A stretch of 62,822 bases of DNA, filler included. It is 5 parts of 5 records of this genome, joined end to end, with 100 filler letters (N's around TTAATTAATTAA, not from the genome) between each part and the next. Parts side by side here need not be neighbours in the genome. Positions count along the whole stretch, not along the records: positions 1 to 15,444 come from SRR20825019_520; 4 more parts are not named here. One strand, given 5' to 3'. The notes beneath the pieces are model-generated. The model ran no database searches. It saw nothing but the letters and a program-made list of their open reading frames with translations, and was not told the origin of the DNA. Shown here in pieces: positions 1 to 9,862 of this stretch (the first letter of the stretch is position 1; every line of letters starts with the position of its first letter). The translations under genes were made by a program, and so were the position numbers.

Positions 1-191
1 ATAAAAAAAGAAACAGGCAACACTACATTAATTGCAGCAATAGCAATAGAACCAATCCAGTTTCCAACAAAAATGGTGTCTACCAATATATTTAACGACA
101 TAACCAGAATCCCGATGGATGCCGGTACAGCTTGTTTTATCAATAATCTACCTATGGATTCGGTGCCTAGCGCGGCGGACTTATTGTTCAT
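1..191 (-). CDS. MATE family efflux transporter, N-terminal fragment (truncated by window edge)
   Basis: Manual minus-strand translation from ATG at 191: MNNKSAALGTESIGRLLIKQAVPASIGILVMSLNILVDTIFVGNWIGSIAIAAINVVLP, a typical MATE/MepA N-terminus; absent from ORF track. Confidence 0.85.
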   Translation of the reverse strand, partial: MNNKSAALGTESIGRLLIKQAVPASIGILVMSLNILVDTIFVGNWIGSIAIAAINVVLPVSFF

Positions 192-222
192 TATTTAGTA
201 TTGTTTTAAACTTTTAGGAATA

Positions 223-1260
223 TTAAGCGATTGCAGTTTTTACATCCACAATACGCCACGCATCAATCCAGCCTGTTAAAACTTCTACCCAATCATCGCG
301 ATCATTCAAACAAGGAACTACGGTTAATTCTTTTCCGCCTGCTTCGTGAAAAATTTCTTCACCTTCCATTGCTATTTCTTCTAAAGTTTCCAGACAGTCA
401 CTAACAAAAGCAGGAGTGACGATTACCATTTTTTTAATGCCATTCAAGCCCATTCTTTCTATGGTGCGGTCCGTATAGGGTTGCAACCATGGGTCAAAAC
501 CTAAACGAGATTGGAAGGATGTTGAAAAAGTTCCTGCTTGCAAATTCAATTTTTCAGTAACCATAGCGGTTGTTTTTAAACATTGATGACGGTAACAAAA
601 CTGATGCGCTGGGGAATCTGTTACACAACATTTTCCGTCTATTTTACAATGACTTTTTGTGATGTCGCTTTTGCGAATATGCCTTTCTGGAACGCCGTGA
701 TAGCTAAAAAGAATATGGTCGTAATCTACATTTTCAATTTTTTCTGATATGCTTTTTGAAAGCACTTCAATATATTCTGGTTTGTTATAAAATGCTGCAA
801 GAGAAGTGATCTGTAACTGCGGAAAAAATTCCTTTTTAAGCGCTTCTACTTTCACATCAATGGTTTCTGTAGTCGCCATTGCAAATTGTGGGTAGAGGGG
901 AATTGTTAAAATTTCATCTACACCTTGGTCTACTAATTCCTGAAGTCCTTTTTTTAAAGTCATACTTCCGTAGCGCATTGCCAAAGCAACGGGAACAGTA
1001 GTTTTTTGTTGAATTTTTTTCTGAAGTCGTTCTGAAATCACAATTAAAGGCGAGCCTTCATCCCACCAAATACGTTGGTAGGCTTCCGCAGATTTTTTTG
1101 GGCGTGTATTCAGAATAATGCCTCGCACCAAAAAGGAACGAAACCAAAAAGGGACATCAATAACCCGCGGATCCATTAAAAATTCGTCGAGATATTTTTT
1201 TACATCTTTTGGGTCGGTACTGTCCGGCGAACCGAGGTTTACGAGGAGAACTCCTTTCAT
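223..1260 (-). CDS. hemH: Ferrochelatase
   Basis: GVLLVNLGSP, LYPQFA, FSYHGVP, FQSRLG..WLQP and FVSDCLETLEEI motifs. Confidence 0.97.
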   Translation of the reverse strand: MKGVLLVNLGSPDSTDPKDVKKYLDEFLMDPRVIDVPFWFRSFLVRGIILNTRPKKSAEAYQRIWWDEGSPLIVISERLQKKIQQKTTVPVALAMRYGSMTLKKGLQELVDQGVDEILTIPLYPQFAMATTETIDVKVEALKKEFFPQLQITSLAAFYNKPEYIEVLSKSISEKIENVDYDHILFSYHGVPERHIRKSDITKSHCKIDGKCCVTDSPAHQFCYRHQCLKTTAMVTEKLNLQAGTFSTSFQSRLGFDPWLQPYTDRTIERMGLNGIKKMVIVTPAFVSDCLETLEEIAMEGEEIFHEAGGKELTVVPCLNDRDDWVEVLTGWIDAWRIVDVKTAIA

Positions 1261-1277
1261 TTGAAGAAAAATTTAAG

Positions 1278-1285
1278 CAAAATTA
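1278..1285 (-). promoter_or_regulatory. Bacteroidetes -7 promoter element (TAnnTTTG) for hemH
   Basis: Minus strand reads TAATTTTG, 17 nt upstream of the hemH ATG. Confidence 0.55.
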
Positions 1286-1535
1286 GTCTTTTAAAAGGGA
1301 AAGCTCAAAAGAAGAAGAGATAATTAAATTATGAACATATAAAGCTTCTCGATGACAGCAGTTTAATTTTTAAAAATTTATCTAGCTCCTTGGTTTAAAA
1401 TTGGTATTGAGTTTTTTTACTTTGCAACTTTAATTAAAGGTTAAGTCTACTTAATGATTTCTGCATGCTTTGCGCTTCACAAAAAAACATAACTATATTC
1501 GCCAAAAAAAACAATCTATTAATTATTTATAAGAA

Positions 1536-4500
1536 ATGAAACAACTCAACTTTTTACTTACTTCTTTAATACTCTGCATTTTCTCGAATGTTATGATTGC
1601 TCAAACTGCAATTGGTTTTGAAGATTTTGACGGAAATGAAGTTAATTTAACAACCACAGCAAATGTTGCAAATTACGGAATGGCTGGTGGTACAGGCGGT
1701 GATGTTTTTGGCCGTGTAGATGGTCAACTTGGAGGGGTAGGAATGCCTTTTGATGTTGCCGACGACACCCAATTTGACGTTGGTGGTGGAGGTGCAGGAG
1801 GTAGTTTTCCTGGAGACCAATTGGGTATTGCTGGAAAAAATTCCACAGCTTTTTTTGCTTTAAATGATATGGATGGCGTAGGGGTTAATAATGCAGTTTG
1901 GACGTTTTCAGGTTGGGGATCTGCAGTAATTAGCTCAATAACAATTGATATTGCTGCAATGGGCGATTTTGAAGCTTCTTCAAGCGACGGCTTTATTATT
2001 GAAGCTGCAATTGATGGAGGTGCATTTCAAGAAATATTTAAAGCTTCAACAAATGAGGCTGCTTCAAAAACATATCGTCCTTTAGACGGGGGCTTTGTTT
2101 TTATAGATGATGACCCTTTAGAGTTATTTATTGATGGAAGTGCAACAGCTGTCGGTTTTCTTGATAAATCTGATGTGGCAACAGGTAATTTCGATACTTA
2201 TACTTCTACACTTTTAAACGGACAAATAGCTACGGAAGTTAAGCTTAGAATTAGATGGGAAGGTACTCCAAGTGGCTCAGAACCTATGGGAATTGATAAT
2301 ATTACCATAAACGGTACCGTAAGTGGAGGAACGCCACAATTAGTTATTTCAGAAATTATGTATAACCCAGCAAGTTCGGAAGATAATTGGGAATGGATTG
2401 AAATCTATAATGCAGGAGCTACTGCTGTTGATTTAACAGGTTTTGTTATAGATGATAATAACAGTGTGGCACATAGTGCATCAAATATTGCTGGCGGAAC
2501 TATTGCTGCAGGATCTTCAGCAGTTTTATTTAATGTTGATGATATTGCAATTTCAGATTTTACAGATGCTTGGGGAGATGTTGCACTTATTCCAGTTACT
2601 AATTGGAATGCTATGTCGCTAAATAATGGAGGCGATACCATAGGTATTTGGGAAAATTTCACCGAATATTCAGGTGATAATGTAGCACAACTTAATACAA
2701 TAGAAAGTGTAAGCTTTGATGATGCCAACGGTTGGCCGAGTGATGATGGGGCTGGTTCTATATTTTTGAATGATTTAACAGCAGACAATACTATAGGTGC
2801 TAATTGGACGATAAGTACAGATGGAGCTGTAACTCCACTTTTTAATGCTTACACAAGTAATGCTGAGGCTGGAAACTCAGGTTCAGATATTGGTTCGCCA
2901 GGTATAAAAGCTGGTGGAATTCAACAATTATTAATTAGTGAAATAGTAGTAACGCCAACAGCAGCAGAGTTTATAGAAATCTATAACCCAAATGCTACTG
3001 TAATGGATTTAAGTAACGTTTATATTACAGATGCTACTTTTGCTGGAGGGTCAACGTACTATTATAATATTGTAACTGGAACAAATGCTGGTGGCGGTAG
3101 TTTTGGAGATTTTTTTGCACGTTTTCCTGATGGCGCAACGATTGCGCCGGGTGCGTATCAAACAATTGCACTTGCTGGTTCAGATGGCTATTTTGCAACT
3201 TATGGCCTGAATCCAGATTATGAACTTTTTGAAGATAATTCTTCCGCAGATGGTATTTCCGATATGCGTGAAGCACTTCCAGGATCTATAAATGATCAAG
3301 GCGGTTTAACCAATGGAGGCGAAGTTGCGATCCTTTTTTATTGGGATGGAGCAACCGATTTGGTAACTGACCTTGATTATATAGTTTGGGGCGATACCGC
3401 TGAAGCTGTTGATAAAACAGGCGTTGCTATCGATGGCCCAGATGCGGATAATATTTCTTCTACTTACAATAACGATACAGCATTAAACTTACAACAGTTG
3501 GTAAGTGCTACTGCGCATACTAACGGGCAATCTTTCCAAAGACAAGATTTTACTGAAGGAAATGAAGTTGCTACTAGTGGAAATGGCGCGAATGGTCACG
3601 ACGAAACTTCAGAAGATTTAATGAATACCTGGTGTTCATCTATAGTAACTCCTGGGGCCGAAAACTCTTGTGGCATTGTTCCTGCAACGGTTGTTCTTAT
3701 CCACGAAGTTCAAGGAGCTGGTTCAGCTACTCCTTTAGCAGGACAAATGGTGAAAGTAGCTGCAATTGTAACTGCAAATTATCAAAATAGCGATCAGTTA
3801 AGTGGCTTTTTTATTCAAGAAGAAGATTCTCAAGTTGATGCCGACTCCAATACTTCAGAAGGCGTTTTTGTGTATTGCAATAGCTGCCCCGATACAGTAA
3901 ATATTGGTGATTTGGTTGAAGTAACTGGTTTAGCTACTGAATTCTTCGGAATGACTCAAATTGATGTTACCGAAGCTGGAAGCCTTATTTCAGTAATAAG
4001 TAGCGGGAATCCACTGCCTACAGAAACTTCTATTTCATTGCCAGCAACCGCAAGTACCGAAGCTGAAACAACATTCGAAACTGTGGAAGGAATGATTGTA
4101 AATATTACCACCAATCTTGTGGTAAGCGAGTATTTTGAACTAGCGCGCTACGGAACCTTAATGCTTTCAGCAGATGAAAGAGCACATCAATTTACACATG
4201 ATAATGAGCCAGATGCAGCGGCTTATTCACTTTTCTTAGATGAATTAAATAAAACTAGAATTTTACTTGATGATGACACAAACATTCAAAACGACCCTAC
4301 AACGGGTACTACTGATGAAGCATATTTTTGGCCACGGGCAGGTTTAAGTAATTCAAATTTAATTCGGGGAGGAGATCAAATTAGCAATCTAAAAGGAATT
4401 ATGCACTGGTCTTTTTCTGGACAAAGTGGTACCGATGCATGGAGAATACGTCCAGTACTAGATGTTTTTAATTACGATTTTACCGCAGTAAATCCAAGAG

Positions 4501-6527
4501 AAACTACTCCAGCAGATGTAGGCGGAACTTTTAAAGTAGCAAGCTTTAATGTGCTTAATTATTTCACTACTATTAATGCTCGAGGGGCAGATTCTCCTTC
4601 TGAATTAACCCGTCAACGTGAAAAAATAGCTTCTGCAATCTGTGCGCTAAACGCAGATATTGTTGGACTTATAGAAATAGAAAATAATGGCACAGTAGCA
4701 TTAAATGACCTTTTAAACGGAACAGGAGGAATTAACGAAACTTGTGGTGTTACGTATGCTGCAGTTAATGCAGGGGTTGTTGGAACTGATGAAATTGCAG
4801 TTGCATTTATTTATAATACAGCTACTGTTACTTTGGAAGGAGCACATGCAATATTAGATAGCTCAGTAGATCCGCGGTTCCTTGACGATAAAAACCGTCC
4901 TGCATTGGCGCAAACTTTTAAGGAAACTGCTTCAGGGGCAAAGTTAACCGTTGTTGTAAATCATTTTAAATCGAAAGGATCTTCATGTAACGATGTGGGT
5001 GACCCAGATTTAAATGATGGGTCAGGAAACTGTAACCTTACACGAACCAACGCAGCGGCTGCTTTGGTAGATTGGCTTGCAACAGATCCTACAAATAGTA
5101 ACGATCCAGATTTTTTAATTATTGGAGATTTAAATTCCTATAAAAATGAAACTCCAATTGATGCAATTAAAGCAGGTGCAGATGATACTGATGGTACTTC
5201 AGATGATTTTACTGATTTATTGGAAAGTTTAGTTGGGCCAGACGCATATAGTTATGTGTTTGATGGTCAATTAGGGTATTTAGATTATGGAATGGCAAGT
5301 GCGAGCTTAGTTGCACAGCTTACAGGAACTATTGCTTGGAATATTAATGCTGATGAAGTAAATGTTTTTGATTATAACGATGCTATTCAAGATGCCGGGG
5401 AATCTGCTTTTGAACGCGAATCGGATGTGCTTCCCATTTATGAACCGAATATGTTTAGAGCTTCAGACCACGACCCAATATTAGTAGGTATGAATCTTGA
5501 TCCCGCAAATAATGCTCCAGTAATTCAATGCCCATCAAATATTATCACTCCAGTAGATGCGGGTGTTTGTGGCGCAGTAGTAATATTTTCTGATGCAACG
5601 GCAACTGATATTGATGGCGATTTAGATACAGTTATCCAAACAGGAGGTCTTAGTTCTGGCAGTGAATTTCCTGTAGGAATTTCAACTATTGAATTTACTG
5701 CAACCGACTTAAACGGAAATGCTGTAGTGTGTACATTTACAATTACTGTTGAAGATACAATGGCTCCTGAATTAGTCTGTGAAAATATTACGGTAGCATT
5801 AGGCGCAGATGGTACCGCTACAATACTACCTGAAGATGTTCTTTCTAGTAGTTTTGACGCATGTGGTATTGATACTTTCGCAATTGATGTAAATGAAGTT
5901 TCATGTGCAGATATAGGAACTCCAGTTACTGTATTTGTTTTTGCCGAAGATGTTAACGGAAATATTTCACAGTGTTCCGCAACCATTACTGTTGTAGATA
6001 CTCTAGCTCCTGAAGTAAGTTGCCCGAGCGATATAACCGTTGATCCCGGTGCCGGAAATTTATTTTATGAAGTTCCGGATTATTTTGCCAATGGCGAAGC
6101 TTCAGCAATAGATAACTGCACCAGTCCGCTTGCTATTTTCACGCAAAACCCTGCTGTAGGCACATTATTGCCAGATGGTAATTATGAAGTTACTCTTACA
6201 GCTGAAGATGAACACGGAAATATTGGCGAGTGTATGTTTAATTTGACTGTAGAAAGCATTTTAAGTGTTCAAGACAATACACTTGAAAACGCGATACGTA
6301 TTTTCCCTAATCCAGCTTCAAATAAAGTTACAATCAAAAAAAACCAGTCAATTACATTAAACAGTGTAGTGGTTTATGATGTAACTGGAAGATTAATAAA
6401 CTCAATGGATTTAAGTAAAATGGGACAAGAAGAAACCATCGATATTTCTACTTTAGAAACTGGAATCTATTTATTCCAAATTAAAGGCAAAGAAAATACA
6501 ATTGTTCGACAATTGATTATTGAATAG
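1536..6527 (+). CDS. ExeM/NucH-family extracellular endonuclease with two lamin-tail domains, OB-fold, EEP domain, HYR-like repeats and T9SS type-A C-terminal sorting domain
   Basis: Signal peptide; LVISEIMYNP..EWIEIYN and LLISEIV..EFIEIYN (LTD); IHEVQG..GFFIQE..TSEGVFVY (OB); VASFNVLNYF, LIEIEN, VNHFKSKG, GDLNSY, SDHDP (EEP); IFPNPA..GIYLFQI..LIIE (T9SS CTD). Confidence 0.9.
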   Translation: MKQLNFLLTSLILCIFSNVMIAQTAIGFEDFDGNEVNLTTTANVANYGMAGGTGGDVFGRVDGQLGGVGMPFDVADDTQFDVGGGGAGGSFPGDQLGIAGKNSTAFFALNDMDGVGVNNAVWTFSGWGSAVISSITIDIAAMGDFEASSSDGFIIEAAIDGGAFQEIFKASTNEAASKTYRPLDGGFVFIDDDPLELFIDGSATAVGFLDKSDVATGNFDTYTSTLLNGQIATEVKLRIRWEGTPSGSEPMGIDNITINGTVSGGTPQLVISEIMYNPASSEDNWEWIEIYNAGATAVDLTGFVIDDNNSVAHSASNIAGGTIAAGSSAVLFNVDDIAISDFTDAWGDVALIPVTNWNAMSLNNGGDTIGIWENFTEYSGDNVAQLNTIESVSFDDANGWPSDDGAGSIFLNDLTADNTIGANWTISTDGAVTPLFNAYTSNAEAGNSGSDIGSPGIKAGGIQQLLISEIVVTPTAAEFIEIYNPNATVMDLSNVYITDATFAGGSTYYYNIVTGTNAGGGSFGDFFARFPDGATIAPGAYQTIALAGSDGYFATYGLNPDYELFEDNSSADGISDMREALPGSINDQGGLTNGGEVAILFYWDGATDLVTDLDYIVWGDTAEAVDKTGVAIDGPDADNISSTYNNDTALNLQQLVSATAHTNGQSFQRQDFTEGNEVATSGNGANGHDETSEDLMNTWCSSIVTPGAENSCGIVPATVVLIHEVQGAGSATPLAGQMVKVAAIVTANYQNSDQLSGFFIQEEDSQVDADSNTSEGVFVYCNSCPDTVNIGDLVEVTGLATEFFGMTQIDVTEAGSLISVISSGNPLPTETSISLPATASTEAETTFETVEGMIVNITTNLVVSEYFELARYGTLMLSADERAHQFTHDNEPDAAAYSLFLDELNKTRILLDDDTNIQNDPTTGTTDEAYFWPRAGLSNSNLIRGGDQISNLKGIMHWSFSGQSGTDAWRIRPVLDVFNYDFTAVNPRETTPADVGGTFKVASFNVLNYFTTINARGADSPSELTRQREKIASAICALNADIVGLIEIENNGTVALNDLLNGTGGINETCGVTYAAVNAGVVGTDEIAVAFIYNTATVTLEGAHAILDSSVDPRFLDDKNRPALAQTFKETASGAKLTVVVNHFKSKGSSCNDVGDPDLNDGSGNCNLTRTNAAAALVDWLATDPTNSNDPDFLIIGDLNSYKNETPIDAIKAGADDTDGTSDDFTDLLESLVGPDAYSYVFDGQLGYLDYGMASASLVAQLTGTIAWNINADEVNVFDYNDAIQDAGESAFERESDVLPIYEPNMFRASDHDPILVGMNLDPANNAPVIQCPSNIITPVDAGVCGAVVIFSDATATDIDGDLDTVIQTGGLSSGSEFPVGISTIEFTATDLNGNAVVCTFTITVEDTMAPELVCENITVALGADGTATILPEDVLSSSFDACGIDTFAIDVNEVSCADIGTPVTVFVFAEDVNGNISQCSATITVVDTLAPEVSCPSDITVDPGAGNLFYEVPDYFANGEASAIDNCTSPLAIFTQNPAVGTLLPDGNYEVTLTAEDEHGNIGECMFNLTVESILSVQDNTLENAIRIFPNPASNKVTIKKNQSITLNSVVVYDVTGRLINSMDLSKMGQEETIDISTLETGIYLFQIKGKENTIVRQLIIE

Positions 6528-6546
6528 AGTTAGTTTAAAATTGAAT

Positions 6547-6576
6547 AAAACCGTCTGCTTTGGTGGACGGTTTTTT
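6547..6576. terminator. Intrinsic terminator after the nuclease gene
   Basis: aaaaccgtc-tgctttggtg-gacggtttttt hairpin with T tract. Confidence 0.75.
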
Positions 6577-6605
6577 AATTGGATCACTTTTGAAAATAAA
6601 AAAAT

Positions 6606-6650
6606 AAAAACCCCCAACATTTCCATTACTATGGAAAAATGGGGGTTTTT
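6606..6650. terminator. Bidirectional-type intrinsic terminator after the nitroreductase gene
   Basis: aaaaacccc..ttccat-tact-atggaa..ggggttttt inverted repeat between convergent genes. Confidence 0.7.
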
Positions 6651-6679
6651 CAAAGGAACAATTTAATGCTTTAAATATT

Positions 6680-7312
6680 CTATTTTATTTCTGTGATGAA
6701 TTCCTCTTTTGGTGTACGTACTTTTTTCATGTTTACTAACCAATCTCCAGCTTCATCACGGTAACCTAATGTTAATATCAAGTTGCTTTTTAGGCCTTGT
6801 TCTTTTAATCCTAAAAGTTCATCTACAGCTTCAGGTATAAATCCTTCCATGGGGGTTGCATCTACTTTTTGCTCGGCTGCAGCTGCTATTGCCATACCAA
6901 ATGAAATATATGCTTGTTTTGCCGCGTGGTTTGCGTGCCATTCTGTGCTAAGAGGCTCATACATGCCCCAAAGTTTTTCTTTATAGGCATCCATAGTTTC
7001 AGGAGGCAATCCGCGCTCCTGTAGCGTATAGTTAAAAACAGATTCTATTCTGTCTAAATTATACCCATCCCAAGCTGCAAATACTAAAACATGCGAAGCA
7101 TCTGTAATCTGGCTTTGATCCCAGGCTACAGGTTTTATTTTTTGTAATAAAGTTTCATTTGTTATCACAAATATTTTATAAGGTTGTAAACCTGAAGAAG
7201 AAGGTGCCAAACGCGCTGCTTCTAATATATAATCCAATTTTTCCTGTGGAATGGTTTTCCCATTCATTTTTTTAGTGGCATAGCGCCATTGTAAGTTTTC
7301 TACTAAATTCAT
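6680..7312 (-). CDS. Nitroreductase family (NfsB-like) NAD(P)H-dependent oxidoreductase
   Basis: WRYATKK, LAPSSSGLQP, DATPMEGF and KVR motifs. Confidence 0.92.
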   Translation of the reverse strand: MNLVENLQWRYATKKMNGKTIPQEKLDYILEAARLAPSSSGLQPYKIFVITNETLLQKIKPVAWDQSQITDASHVLVFAAWDGYNLDRIESVFNYTLQERGLPPETMDAYKEKLWGMYEPLSTEWHANHAAKQAYISFGMAIAAAAEQKVDATPMEGFIPEAVDELLGLKEQGLKSNLILTLGYRDEAGDWLVNMKKVRTPKEEFITEIK

Positions 7313-7509
7313 CTTTTATGCTATTTATTTATTTTTCATGTTCCCAAAATACATTTACAGCCTACTATTAAATAAGTAGCTGAATAAAATGAATTAAGGT
7401 TTATGGAAGGTTTCCCAATAAGCGGGAAAATTTTTCACAAAATTACTTCTTTAAAAGAAAGCCTTCAAAGCGGCATGACTTTAAAAAACAATACAACTAT
7501 TAGGATTAT

Positions 7510-8400
7510 TTATACATTCAACCCCATCAAAAACTTTTTTGGTGTTGTGCCAAATTTCTTTTTAAAAGCAGCTATAAAATGGCTAGCAGTACTATAACCA
7601 ACTTTTAATCCCACTTCGTTTACATTATGTGAACCTGTTGCCAAAAGTTGACGTGCAACCTCCATTTTATAATCAAATAGAAAACTAAACACAGAATCGC
7701 CATAAATCTGTTTAAAGCCTTCTTTTAGGCGGTTTATAGGTAAGTTTATTTCGTCTGCCAATTCTTTTAATGTAGGTGGTTCCGCCATGCGAGAAATCAT
7801 AATTTGCTTGGCTTTTTTAATTTTTGAAACATTGTCTTCATCAGCCAAAAACGGACATTGCTCAATATCTGCGTCAGCTGGGCGATTAAAATAAAGACTG
7901 ATCAACTCGTATGCTTTTCCTTTAAAATAAAGTGGTTTTATGGTTGGATGCAGATTATAATTCATCAATTGGTTTAGCACAATGGCCATAGAAGGAGAAA
8001 CATGTGCGTCTTTGTAATATTTTCGGTCTTTATTTTCTTCACTCAAAAAGGTTATATAATTCGCTTCTGTTGAAAAAAGACTGTGAAATTTATTTATTGG
8101 CAGCAATACCGAAAGCAACCATGAATTTTTATCAAGCACCAAATTTATAGGCAAATCACGTTGCGGATTGTAAAGCAATAATGAATTCTCTTCAGAAATA
8201 GGAAGGGTGTAATTTCCTTCATTAAAAACAAACGAAGCAGCTCCTTTTATGCAAAAGTGAAACTGAATAAAATTAGCACTTACTTCACGTTTAAAAGTTT
8301 GGTTTTCATTGGTTTCATTGTTGAATTTTAAAATGAAGAAACCAGCTTCAATAGTTGTTTCTTCATAAAAACTTTGAGCGACATTTTTTTGAAAATCCAT
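7510..8400 (-). CDS. AraC family transcriptional regulator, divergent from hemA
   Basis: C-terminal double HTH: PPTLKELA..LKEGFKQIYG..VNEVGLKVGYSTASHFIAAFKKKFGTTP. Confidence 0.93.
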   Translation of the reverse strand: MDFQKNVAQSFYEETTIEAGFFILKFNNETNENQTFKREVSANFIQFHFCIKGAASFVFNEGNYTLPISEENSLLLYNPQRDLPINLVLDKNSWLLSVLLPINKFHSLFSTEANYITFLSEENKDRKYYKDAHVSPSMAIVLNQLMNYNLHPTIKPLYFKGKAYELISLYFNRPADADIEQCPFLADEDNVSKIKKAKQIMISRMAEPPTLKELADEINLPINRLKEGFKQIYGDSVFSFLFDYKMEVARQLLATGSHNVNEVGLKVGYSTASHFIAAFKKKFGTTPKKFLMGLNV

Positions 8401-8412
8401 AGTGTTTTTGAA

Positions 8413-8447
8413 ATAAAATTATTTAGAATAGTTCTAAATAATTTTAT
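8413..8447. promoter_or_regulatory. Perfect 16-bp inverted repeat; Fur-box-like operator
   Basis: ataaaattatttagaa-tag-ttctaaataattttat; the core ATTTAGAATAGTTCTAAAT resembles the flavobacterial Fur box as I recall it. Confidence 0.65.
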
Positions 8448-8573
8448 AGTTTAGTTATCTTAATACCGCGAATTTAGGGCATTATAATATGAAATATCAC
8501 ATATTTAGTCCAATTTTAACAGACAACGACACAAAAGATACCGCTAGCGTTATTTTTTAAAAAACAATGCACT

Positions 8574-8581
8574 TACATTTG
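8574..8581 (+). promoter_or_regulatory. Bacteroidetes -7 promoter element for the hemA operon
   Basis: TACATTTG matches TAnnTTTG; implies hemA starts at ATG 8594 rather than 8567. Confidence 0.55.
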
Positions 8582-8593
8582 CCTTGTTTTTAT

Positions 8594-9862
8594 ATGGAAA
8601 ATAGTCCCAAAACATATCTTGAGAATTCACCCGAAGGAAATTTTTACGCCATTGGGCTCAATTATAAAAAAGCAGATGCTGAGGTTCGCGGGCGTTTTAG
8701 CATTGACGAATCAGCAAAAGAACGCATCTTACTTCAGTCAAGCGAAGAGAAAATTCCAGCACTTAGCGTAATTTCTACCTGTAATCGCACCGAACTTTAC
8801 GGTTTTGCTAAGCACCCTTTTCAACTTATAAAATTACTTTGCGAACACACTAACGGCACCGTTGAAGAGTTTGAAAAAGTAGCTTACATTTATAAAAATA
8901 GAGAAGCAGTTTCGCATCTTTTTAAAGTAGGTACCGGTTTGGACAGTCAAATTCTAGGAGATTTTGAAATAATAAGCCAGCTTAGAAAGAGTTTTCGTGA
9001 ATCTAAAAAGCATGGTGTTATAAATCCATTTATGGAACGCCTTGTAAACGCAGTAATTCAAGCAAGCAAGCGGATTAAAAATGAAACTGGAATTTCTTCT
9101 GGCGCCACTTCGGTTAGTTTTGCAGCAGTTCAATATATTATGGCACGTGTGCCGTATGTTTCTGAAAAAAACCTTTTACTCTTCGGAACAGGTAAAATTG
9201 GACGAAACACCTGCGAAAACTTAATAAAACACACTAAAAATAAACACATAACTCTTATAAATCGAACAAAAGATAAAGCTGAAAAAGTTGCCGGAAAGTT
9301 CAATTTAGTGGTTAAAGATTACGCCGATATACAAAGCGAAATTGCTCAGGCAGATGTGCTTATAGTTGCTACTGGCGCGCAACAACCTACTATTTCAAAA
9401 GAGCTTCTTTATTTAAAAAAACCACTACTTATCTTAGATCTTTCCATCCCAAAAAACGTTTCAGAAAATGTTTTGGAAAATGAAATGGTTACACTTGTTC
9501 ACTTGGACGATCTTTCTGCGGTAACCGATCAAACGCTTGAAAAACGCGCAAAGCAAATTCCGCTTGCAGAGGAAATTAATTATGAGATTGAAGCTGAATT
9601 CAATAAATGGGCAGAAAACAGAAAATTTGCACCAACAATAAAAGCGCTAAAAGTTAAACTTGCTGAAATAAAAGCTGGAGAAATAGATTTCCAAAGAAAA
9701 AAAATTAATGGCTTCAACGAAGAACAAGCTGAAATAATAAGCGACCGCTTGATTCATAAAATTACAACCCATTTCGCCAATCATTTAAAAGGCGAAGAAG
9801 GCTCACACGAAAGTATCGAACTCATAAAAAGAGTTTTTCAACTTGAAACTGCTACAAATTGA
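8594..9862 (+). CDS. hemA: Glutamyl-tRNA reductase
   Basis: STCNRTELY, GLDSQILGDFEI, SVSFAAV and DLSIPKNV motifs; start adjusted from 8567. Confidence 0.96.
   Translation: MENSPKTYLENSPEGNFYAIGLNYKKADAEVRGRFSIDESAKERILLQSSEEKIPALSVISTCNRTELYGFAKHPFQLIKLLCEHTNGTVEEFEKVAYIYKNREAVSHLFKVGTGLDSQILGDFEIISQLRKSFRESKKHGVINPFMERLVNAVIQASKRIKNETGISSGATSVSFAAVQYIMARVPYVSEKNLLLFGTGKIGRNTCENLIKHTKNKHITLINRTKDKAEKVAGKFNLVVKDYADIQSEIAQADVLIVATGAQQPTISKELLYLKKPLLILDLSIPKNVSENVLENEMVTLVHLDDLSAVTDQTLEKRAKQIPLAEEINYEIEAEFNKWAENRKFAPTIKALKVKLAEIKAGEIDFQRKKINGFNEEQAEIISDRLIHKITTHFANHLKGEEGSHESIELIKRVFQLETATN

Noticed and set aside
8567-8593. ORF-track N-terminal extension of hemA (likewise for gpmI, gcvH, parE and the DUF6747-like gene)
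   Set aside because: The extensions overlap promoter elements or neighbouring genes; downstream ATGs fit the family N-termini better.
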